A DNA stretch of 31,693 bases from Gemmatimonadaceae bacterium (GTDB taxonomy: Bacteria; Gemmatimonadota; Gemmatimonadetes; Gemmatimonadales; Gemmatimonadaceae), in assembly GCA_040902005.1 (NCBI GenBank), contig JBBDYA010000093.1, positions 5,897-37,589 of the forward strand, read 5' to 3'. Position numbers and translations under genes: made by a program. Shown in pieces: positions 1-6,711 of this stretch (within the stretch, counting starts at the first letter, position 1; every line of letters starts with the position of its first letter). The notes beneath the pieces are model-generated. The model was not told the origin of the DNA and ran no database searches. It saw nothing but the letters and a program-made list of their open reading frames with translations.

Positions 1-57
1 GTCCGGTCTCGGGGCACCCCCCCCCCCCCGAGCAGTGTCCCAGCGGAGCCATATATA

Positions 58-204
58 ATGAAGTCCAAGGACCCCAAGGGGTCTCAGGAGCCGGTCGGCA
101 TCGTGATTTCCGGAATGCCGCCGCAGTCCAAGACGACCGTTTTCAGCGCGTACATCTGGGGTGCCGCCCCCGCTCTCGGCGACAACGAGCCGAAGGCGGC
201 GTAG
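58..204 (+). CDS. Small ORF, 48 aa (MKSKDPKGSQEPVGIVISGMPPQSKTTVFSAYIWGAAPALGDNEPKAA), not in the ORF track
   Basis: ATG at 58-60 and TAG at 202-204. GGAG at 45-48 could be an RBS. Third codon positions are mostly G/C, like the neighbouring genes. It is co-oriented with and 32 bp upstream of the peptidase. Confidence 0.6.
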   Translation: MKSKDPKGSQEPVGIVISGMPPQSKTTVFSAYIWGAAPALGDNEPKAA

Positions 205-236
205 CAGCCGGTACAGCGCTTGCCCGGGTCAGCACC

Positions 237-1271
237 ATGCCGGGCGACGAGTGGGCCAAGCAGCGCGATGCGCTCCTCGGTCAACGCATTTCCGATCTTG
301 GACTGACGATCCGCGGGAGCCGGGTCGAGCGTCTGATCGATCAACTGGACGCTGAGCTCGCTGCGCGCGGGCTGCGATTCCGGCCGCCGGCATACCTCAG
401 CGACCAATGGGGATGTCCGGACGGCACCCCCCTGATCGGGGTGCCCTTCTATCTCGCGGATCCCCGGCTGGAACGAATCGAGGCAGAGATGTCGCTGTCG
501 GTCGAAAGCGACGTCGAGGCGATGCGCTACCTGCGGCACGAGGCGGGACACGCCTACAACTACGCGTTCCGCCTGCACGAACGGGACGACTGGCGTGCGC
601 TCTTCGGCTCCTTCGCCTCTCCCTACCGCGACCGGTATCGCGCGAACCCGTTTTCCCGGGATCACGTGCGGCACATTCTGGCGTGGTATGCGCAGAAGCA
701 CCCGGACGAGGACTTCGCCGAAACATTCGCGGTGTGGCTCACCCCCGAATCGGACTGGCGCCGCGAGTATGCCGGATGGCCGGCGCTGCGCAAGCTGGAG
801 TACGTCGATCGCGTGATGGCGGAACTGGCGCCACTGCAGCCGGACGTCCTGGAGCCGTGCGACGACGACCTTCCGGTGGAGGCGATGCGCTACAGTCTCG
901 CCGAACACTACGAGGAGGAGCGTGATCCCATTCCGGTGGAGGACGAGCGCCAGTTCGACGCCGACCTGCGGCAGATTTTCGTACAGGCGACCGACGCCCC
1001 CGCCGGCGAGGTCGCGGCGGTGTTCCTGCTGCGCCACTACCGCGAGATCGTCACACGCACGTCCTTCTGGACGAGCGAACATCCGTCGGTGGTGCGTTCG
1101 CTGCTCGACCTGCTCGCGCGCCGCGCGGAGGCGCTCGGGCTTCGCGTCGGCGCGCTCGAGGCGGCGACACTGATCGAACTCAGTGCGTTCGCGACCGCCG
1201 TGGTCATGCTCCATCGGCACACGCATGTGATCGGGCGCGCCCGGACGCGGGCCACGGGGATGGCCCGCTGA
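237..1271 (+). CDS. Putative zinc-binding metallopeptidase (Peptidase_Mx-like zincin)
   Basis: HExxH motif (LRHEAGH) and the downstream YAQKHPDEDFAETFAVW motif. Its stop overlaps the next ATG (TGATG). Confidence 0.8.
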   Translation: MPGDEWAKQRDALLGQRISDLGLTIRGSRVERLIDQLDAELAARGLRFRPPAYLSDQWGCPDGTPLIGVPFYLADPRLERIEAEMSLSVESDVEAMRYLRHEAGHAYNYAFRLHERDDWRALFGSFASPYRDRYRANPFSRDHVRHILAWYAQKHPDEDFAETFAVWLTPESDWRREYAGWPALRKLEYVDRVMAELAPLQPDVLEPCDDDLPVEAMRYSLAEHYEEERDPIPVEDERQFDADLRQIFVQATDAPAGEVAAVFLLRHYREIVTRTSFWTSEHPSVVRSLLDLLARRAEALGLRVGALEAATLIELSAFATAVVMLHRHTHVIGRARTRATGMAR

Positions 1272-2272
1272 TGCGCATCGTGCTGCTGCACTCGGCCGAT
1301 GCACTGGAGCCACCGGTCGATCCGGTGCTCGCGGACGTCGGAGGGGCGCTGGAGGTGCTCGGTCACACGGCCTCGCGCATCGCCGTGGACGCCGACGTCA
1401 CCCCGGTGGTGGACGCACTCCGCAAGGCGCAGCCCGAACTGGTGTTCAACCTCACGGAGTCGTTCGCGGGCATCAGCTCGCTGGACTCGAATGTCGCGGC
1501 GCTGCTGAACCTGCTGGACCTGCGGTACACCGGATCCAGTCCCTCCGGCCTGATGATCGCGGGCGACAAGTCGCTGACCAAGAAAGTGCTCCGGTTTCAC
1601 GGCATCCGGACCCCGGAATTCGCGACCGTCTATCGGGGCTCGGTGGACTGGGCTGGAGACATTCGCTTCCCCGTCATCGTGAAGCCGCCGCAGGAGGACG
1701 CATCGATCGGGATCACCGGCGCGTCGGTCGTTCGCGACCTGAAGGAGCTGTTCGAGCGCATCGACGCGCTGCAGTCGGAATTTCACCAGCCGGTGCTGGT
1801 GGAGGAGTATGTCGAGGGGCGCGAATTCTACGTGGGGGTGCTGGGCAACGCGCAGCCCGAGGCGCTGCCGGTGATGGAGATGGACTTCAGCGGGCTGCCG
1901 GCGGGCGCGACACGCATCGCCAGCTGGGAGGCGAAATGGGGGGTGGACGGCACCGGAACGGAGGCCGAAGCCGCGCAATCCGTGGAGTTCGCCGGCACGA
2001 AGTCCGTGATTCCGACGGATCTCGATGACGACGCGATCGAGCGGATGCAGGCCACGGCGGTGGACGTCTTCGACGCACTGCGCCTGCGGGACTATGCCCG
2101 CGTGGACCTTCGCGTCACGGAGGCTGGGGAGATCTTCGTGATCGAAGTGAACCCGAACTGCTATCTGGAGCGGAACGCAGAGTTCGCGCGCGCGGCGGTG
2201 GAGAGCGGCATGACGTACCACGCGCTCATCGCCCGGATCATCGAACTGGCGAGCGCGCGCTACGCCCGCTGA
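1271..2272 (+). CDS. ATP-grasp ligase, D-Ala-D-Ala ligase-like but divergent
   Basis: Motifs YTGS, DKSLTK, FPVIVKP, VEEYVEGRE, YARVDLR and IEVNPN. It lacks the Ddl N-terminal GGxSxE motif. Confidence 0.85.
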   Translation: MRIVLLHSADALEPPVDPVLADVGGALEVLGHTASRIAVDADVTPVVDALRKAQPELVFNLTESFAGISSLDSNVAALLNLLDLRYTGSSPSGLMIAGDKSLTKKVLRFHGIRTPEFATVYRGSVDWAGDIRFPVIVKPPQEDASIGITGASVVRDLKELFERIDALQSEFHQPVLVEEYVEGREFYVGVLGNAQPEALPVMEMDFSGLPAGATRIASWEAKWGVDGTGTEAEAAQSVEFAGTKSVIPTDLDDDAIERMQATAVDVFDALRLRDYARVDLRVTEAGEIFVIEVNPNCYLERNAEFARAAVESGMTYHALIARIIELASARYAR

Positions 2273-2355
2273 CCGGTCCCTGCGTCAACGGCCGCAGAAG
2301 AAACGATAGAGGGTCTTCGGGGAATGGTTTGGAAAGTGGGGTCCAACGTCCGAAC

Positions 2356-2377
2356 CACGGAGGGCACGGAGGGCACG
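2356..2377 (+). repeat. Short 9-bp tandem repeat (CACGGAGGG x2 plus partial CACG)
   Basis: cacggaggg cacggaggg cacg read directly in the intergenic spacer. Confidence 0.6.
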
Positions 2378-2485
2378 CATCACAGAAAACATCGGCGCAG
2401 GCTACCGCCGCGTGTGCCGCACGATCAGGTTTCGTGCGCGCTCGTGGGAGCGCGATGGAGGGGGGGGGTCTCTTTCGGAGTGCGT

Positions 2486-3511
2486 GTGAAAGCGTTGGTG
2501 AAACCGTCCGCCGGTCCGGGGTTCGTGCTGCGTGACGTGCCGGAGCCGCAGATGCGCGACGACGAAGTGCTGATCCGGGTTCGGCGTGCCGGCGTGTGCG
2601 GCACCGACGTGCACATCTACGAATGGGATGCCTGGGCGCAGGGACGCGTGCGCCCGCCCATCGTGGTCGGCCACGAATTCGCGGGTGACGTCGTCCGTGT
2701 GGGCCGGCTCGTGACCGACGTGCGTGAAGGCGACCGCGTGACCGCGGAGGGGCACATCGTGGACGGCCGCTGCCTGCTCTGCCGCACCGGCAACTCGCAC
2801 GTCTGCCCGCACACGAAGATCATCGGCGTGGACCGGGACGGCTGTTTCGCGGAGTACATCGCGATGCCGGCGAGCAATGTCTGGCATCTCGACGACGACG
2901 TGTCGTTTGACATCGGCGGCATTCACGATCCGATGGGGAACGCCTTTCACACGGCGCTCACTGCGGACATTCCGGGCGCCACGGTGCTGATCACCGGCTG
3001 CGGCCCCATCGGGCTCTTTGCCGTGGGCATCTGCCGAGCGGCGGGCGCCGCCCGGATCATCGCGACCGACGTGAACGAGACACGAATGGCGCTCGCGCGC
3101 CAGATGGGAGCGCACGACGTGGTGACGCCTGACCGCGCGGCGACGGTCGTTCGGCAGCACACGGACAACCTGGGCGTGGACGTCGTACTCGAGATGTCCG
3201 GGGTGCCCGCGGCGATCCATCAGGCCTTCGCGCTGGTGCGCGTGGGTGGGCGGGTACAGATGCTGGGCATTCCGGCGACCCCGATGGACGTGAACTTCGC
3301 CACGGAGGTCATCTTCAAGGGGCTCACGATCTACGGCGTGGTGGGCCGGCGGATGTACGACACCTGGCATCAGATGACGCGGTTTCTGCGCTCGGGGCAG
3401 TTCGATCCGACGCCGGTGATCACGCACCGTTTTCCGCTGGAGGATTTCGACGAGGCGATCCGCGCGATCAAGTCGGGAGAGGCGGGCAAGGTCATCTTCG
3501 AGGTTGCATAG
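2486..3511 (+). CDS. tdh: L-threonine 3-dehydrogenase
   Basis: GTG start (MKALVK) with GGAG at 2477-2480. Motifs CGTDVH, GHEFAG, GCGPIG and GKVI. Adjacent to kbl. Confidence 0.92.
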   Translation: MKALVKPSAGPGFVLRDVPEPQMRDDEVLIRVRRAGVCGTDVHIYEWDAWAQGRVRPPIVVGHEFAGDVVRVGRLVTDVREGDRVTAEGHIVDGRCLLCRTGNSHVCPHTKIIGVDRDGCFAEYIAMPASNVWHLDDDVSFDIGGIHDPMGNAFHTALTADIPGATVLITGCGPIGLFAVGICRAAGAARIIATDVNETRMALARQMGAHDVVTPDRAATVVRQHTDNLGVDVVLEMSGVPAAIHQAFALVRVGGRVQMLGIPATPMDVNFATEVIFKGLTIYGVVGRRMYDTWHQMTRFLRSGQFDPTPVITHRFPLEDFDEAIRAIKSGEAGKVIFEVA

Positions 3512-3569
3512 GAATTCTCGGCCGCGCCTGACGGCGCGGTAAGCGGGCCACGGCGGACACCACCAACTC

Positions 3570-4775
3570 ATGGCGATCAACGCGAGATTCACGACGGAGT
3601 TGCACTCCGCGATCGAGCAGCTGAAGGCAGACAAGGTCTACAAGCGGCTCAACTACCTGGACTCACCGCAGTCGGCGCGCGTGACCATGGAGGGCCGGGG
3701 CGAGGTGCTGAACCTGTCGTCCAACAACTACCTCGGCCTCTGCGATACCCCGGCGGTCGTGGAGGCGGGCATCGACGGGCTGCGAAAGTTCGGCGCCGGC
3801 ACCGGGAGCGTGCGCTTCATCTGCGGCACCTTCACGGTGCACCGTGAGCTGGAGGAAGCCCTCGCGCGATTCGTCGGCACGCCCGCGGCCATGACCTACG
3901 TCTCGGCGTGGAATGCCAACGAGGGACTCACGGCGACGCTGGTGCAGGAGGGCGATTATGTCATCTCCGACGCCCTGAACCACGCGTCCATCATCGATTC
4001 CATCCGGCTGGCGAAAGCCATCACCAGGTGCACCACCGGAGTCTACAAGCACTCCGACATGGACGACCTTCGCGCGAAGCTCACCGAGCATCGGGGGGCG
4101 AGACGCAAGCTGATCTGGACCGACGGCGTCTTTTCCATGGAAGGGGCCATCGCCAGGCTTCCGGACATCCTGGAGGTCGCGCGCGAGTTCGACGCGGTCG
4201 TGATCGTGGACGATTCGCACGGGACCGGCGTGCTGGGTCGCACCGGTCGCGGCACCGCGGAACACTTCGGCGTGCTCGGCGAGGTGGACGTCATCACGTC
4301 AACGCTGGGCAAGGCGGTCGGCGGCGCGGCGGGCGGTTTCGTGGCCGGCCCGTCCGAACTCGCGGACCTCCTGACGCAGCGCTCGCGTCCGCAGCTGTTC
4401 TCGAACGCGCTGCCCCCCACCGTCGCCGCGAGCGCACTCGCCGCGGTGCGATTCATCGAGGCCCATCCCGAACGGGTCGCCACGCTGCGCGACAACACGC
4501 AGTATTTCCGGGAGCGCATCGTGGAAGCGGGGTTCACGCCGCTCGCGGGAGAGACGCCGATCGTTCCGATCATCGTTGGAGAAACGGCCGCCGCCATTCA
4601 GTTGAGCGATATGCTCCTGGACGAAGGCGTGTTCGTCACGGGCTTCGGCTTTCCGGTGGTTCCGCAGGGACAGGCGCGCGTGCGGTGCCAGATTTCCGCG
4701 GCACATACCCGGGCCGACCTCGACGTCGCCGTGGCTGCCTTCACGACCGTGGGCAGGAAACTCAGGCTGATTTGA
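3570..4775 (+). CDS. kbl: 2-amino-3-ketobutyrate CoA ligase (glycine C-acetyltransferase)
   Basis: Motifs SNNYLGL, SVRFICGT, DALNHASIID, DGVFSM, DDSH, STLGKA (PLP lysine) and ARVRCQISAAH. Follows tdh. Confidence 0.92.
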   Translation: MAINARFTTELHSAIEQLKADKVYKRLNYLDSPQSARVTMEGRGEVLNLSSNNYLGLCDTPAVVEAGIDGLRKFGAGTGSVRFICGTFTVHRELEEALARFVGTPAAMTYVSAWNANEGLTATLVQEGDYVISDALNHASIIDSIRLAKAITRCTTGVYKHSDMDDLRAKLTEHRGARRKLIWTDGVFSMEGAIARLPDILEVAREFDAVVIVDDSHGTGVLGRTGRGTAEHFGVLGEVDVITSTLGKAVGGAAGGFVAGPSELADLLTQRSRPQLFSNALPPTVAASALAAVRFIEAHPERVATLRDNTQYFRERIVEAGFTPLAGETPIVPIIVGETAAAIQLSDMLLDEGVFVTGFGFPVVPQGQARVRCQISAAHTRADLDVAVAAFTTVGRKLRLI

Positions 4776-5112
4776 TCGCCCCCCCCCCCACCCGCACGCG
4801 CCGCACCGAAATCACCAGGCGCTTCCAGCTCGCCACGTCGTCACCGCGCAGCTCGTCCACGACGGCACCATAGCAGCTTCCCGCGAGCATCTCAGGAGCA
4901 AGCCAGGCATTCACGTCCGGCGAGAGATGACCGATCACGTCCCCTCCCCGGGCATGGACCCAGACCGTGGGCGGGTCAGACCCTAGCGGGTCGGGCACGA
5001 GGATCAGCCGGTCGCCAGGGTGCAGCCGGTGGACGACTTCGCGCCGGTGGGCGAAAACCGTTCCGTACACCGGGCTGCGGAACGCCTCCGAGTTGGGGAG
5101 GATGGACGACAT
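4762..5112 (-). CDS. Stand-alone HIRAN-domain-like protein (116 aa)
   Basis: Start revised to ATG at 5112. The pattern VYGTVF..RREVVHRLHPGDRLILVPDP...VWVH...VIGHL matches the HIRAN consensus. Confidence 0.7.
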   Translation of the reverse strand: MSSILPNSEAFRSPVYGTVFAHRREVVHRLHPGDRLILVPDPLGSDPPTVWVHARGGDVIGHLSPDVNAWLAPEMLAGSCYGAVVDELRGDDVASWKRLVISVRRVRVGGGAIKSA

Positions 5113-5300
5113 TGGCCTACCATATACCGCGGCATCCGGCAGAGCCAGAGGGGGCTGGCGGCCCGCCCGGTGAGGTGTGGTGGAGGGGCTCCAGAGGCAC
5201 CCAATGCCCCCCGGAAGGGCGGCCCCGTGACCTCCCCGCCATCGGCCTCGTCCGGTGGGAAGTGGAAACACGCAGGACCGAACTTTCACGCGTTTCAAGG

Positions 5301-5975
5301 ATGCGTATGCGGGCCATTCGTGCTTTGGCAGTCGTTGCCCTGGTCGTGGTGGACGTGAGTGCGGCCGCCGCGCAGTCGACGCGCGGCTTCACGGATTCCT
5401 GGTTCTGGGGAGTCAAGGGTGGCGCTCTTTCCTATCAGGTCATGAGCGACCTCGACGGCAGCGCCCTTTCCCCGCTGGTCGGCTTCGACTGGATGATCAC
5501 GCGAACGAAGGGAGGGCTCTACGTATCGGTCGACCAATCGTTCTTCGACCAGTTCATCTTCATCAGCGACTCGATCAGCCCATTGGACACCGTGCCCCGT
5601 CAGGTGGACCTCGGGAGCCTTCGCCGGTACACAATCGCGGGCATGCTGTTCCCGTTCGAATCCCGGTGGGCGCGACCCTACTTTGGCCTTGGCGCGACAC
5701 TGCACCACCTGGGCAAGGCGGACGCGCTGGGGTCGTATCGCAACAATCAGCAGTTCAACCTGGTGCAGGCGACGATCGCGCAGTTCCGCGCCACCGCAAC
5801 GCCCATCTTCATCCTCGGCACACAGCTGAAGCTTCCGCTGGCGTCGGCATTCATCCAGTTCACCGCGGCGCCCGCCAACGAGAACTTCTTCCTGTACACC
5901 AACTCGAACTTCCGCACCAGCATCGAAGCCGGGCTGCGCTACAACGTGGGCAGTTCGATCGAGCGAATGCAGTAA
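5301..5975 (+). CDS. Secreted protein, probable small outer-membrane beta-barrel
   Basis: ATG at 5301, signal peptide (MRMRAIRALAVVALVVVDVSAAAAQ), and amphipathic aromatic strands (WFWGVKGG, RPYFGLG, EAGLRYN). Confidence 0.7.
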   Translation: MRMRAIRALAVVALVVVDVSAAAAQSTRGFTDSWFWGVKGGALSYQVMSDLDGSALSPLVGFDWMITRTKGGLYVSVDQSFFDQFIFISDSISPLDTVPRQVDLGSLRRYTIAGMLFPFESRWARPYFGLGATLHHLGKADALGSYRNNQQFNLVQATIAQFRATATPIFILGTQLKLPLASAFIQFTAAPANENFFLYTNSNFRTSIEAGLRYNVGSSIERMQ

Positions 5976-6003
5976 GCGGTCAGGCCTGACGCGCAGCTTG
6001 GCC

Positions 6004-6043
6004 CCCCCGGCGCCGCCCGTTCACGGCGCCGGGGGTTTGCTTT
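6004..6043 (+). terminator. Rho-independent terminator
   Basis: Perfect 12-bp stem CCCCCGGCGCCG (6004-6015) / CGGCGCCGGGGG (6024-6035), followed by TTTGCTTT, between convergent genes. Confidence 0.8.
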
Positions 6044-6057
6044 ACGGCGACGAAGGA

Positions 6058-6711
6058 TCATCGGCGCACGGCATGCCGCGGGAATCCGGCGGGCGTCCGC
6101 GAGACGCAGGGGTTGCCGGCGATGAACCAGCGCAGCGGCCAGTCGGCCGCCTGGCGGATGCCGATGCGTGGCGTCAGCACGATTCTGCCCGCGGGGACGC
6201 GGGTGCCTTCGCGAATGATCAAGGGCGGGCGCTGGAGCGGCATCGCGTTATGCCTGCCCGTCACGCCGAGCGCCTCGCACAGCTTGCCCGGGCCGTTTGT
6301 GAGGTCGGCGTCGCGGCGCGCCGCCCGCCGCCGCTTCCGCATGAGGCCCATCCCCGCCACCGGCTCGAGCGCCCGGATCAGCACAGCGCTGGGTGCCCCG
6401 GCCTTCCGCGTGACGGCGTTGAAGCACCAGTGCATCCCGTAGATGAAGTACACGTACGACATGCCGGGCGGGCCATAGAGCGGAGCGGTCCGCGTCGTGC
6501 GCCCGGCCGCGGCGTGACACGCGAGGTCATGCTCGCCGATGTACGCCTCGGTCTCGACGATGCGGCCGCTGGCTACACCGTCATCCGAATGACACTCGAG
6601 GACGCAGCCCAGCAGATCGCGTGCGACGTCCTCGGTATCGCGCGCGAAAAACGTGGCTGGAAGTGCCTCGCCCGCCACGCGCCGCGCTCCGAGCGCGGCG
6701 CGCGGGGTCAC
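6058..6711 (-). CDS. mpg: DNA-3-methyladenine glycosylase (AAG/MPG family)
   Basis: Motifs GRIVETEAY, YVYFIYGMHWCFN, AVLIRALEP, NGPGKL and PRIGI. The GTG start overlaps the upstream TGA. Confidence 0.9.
   Translation of the reverse strand: MTPRAALGARRVAGEALPATFFARDTEDVARDLLGCVLECHSDDGVASGRIVETEAYIGEHDLACHAAAGRTTRTAPLYGPPGMSYVYFIYGMHWCFNAVTRKAGAPSAVLIRALEPVAGMGLMRKRRRAARRDADLTNGPGKLCEALGVTGRHNAMPLQRPPLIIREGTRVPAGRIVLTPRIGIRQAADWPLRWFIAGNPCVSRTPAGFPRHAVRR

Noticed and set aside
1271..2272. Calling the ligase ddl or a van resistance ligase
   Set aside because: Key Ddl/Van motifs are absent and there are no van or mur neighbours.
2273..2485. Glycine riboswitch upstream of tdh-kbl
   Set aside because: I found no GGAGA...CCGAAG...CTCTCAGG core.
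2324..2485. Longer N-termini given by the ORF track for tdh (and likewise for the response regulator, msbA-like, yebC, ruvA and oppC-like genes)
   Set aside because: The extensions lack family similarity and mostly overlap neighbouring genes. Downstream starts fit the conserved N-termini, RBS or stop-start overlaps.
3521..3540. Hairpin GCCGCGCC-TGAC-GGCGCGGT between tdh and kbl as a terminator or REP
   Set aside because: It has no U-tract and I saw only one copy. At most an mRNA-stability hairpin.
5140..5226. SRP RNA or SAM-I riboswitch similarity (CCGGAAGG; CCAGAGGGGG)
   Set aside because: The flanking conserved elements are missing (the SRP CAGG/AGCA loop, and the SAM GCAACC and GTGC/AA elements). 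Kept only as an unknown structure.
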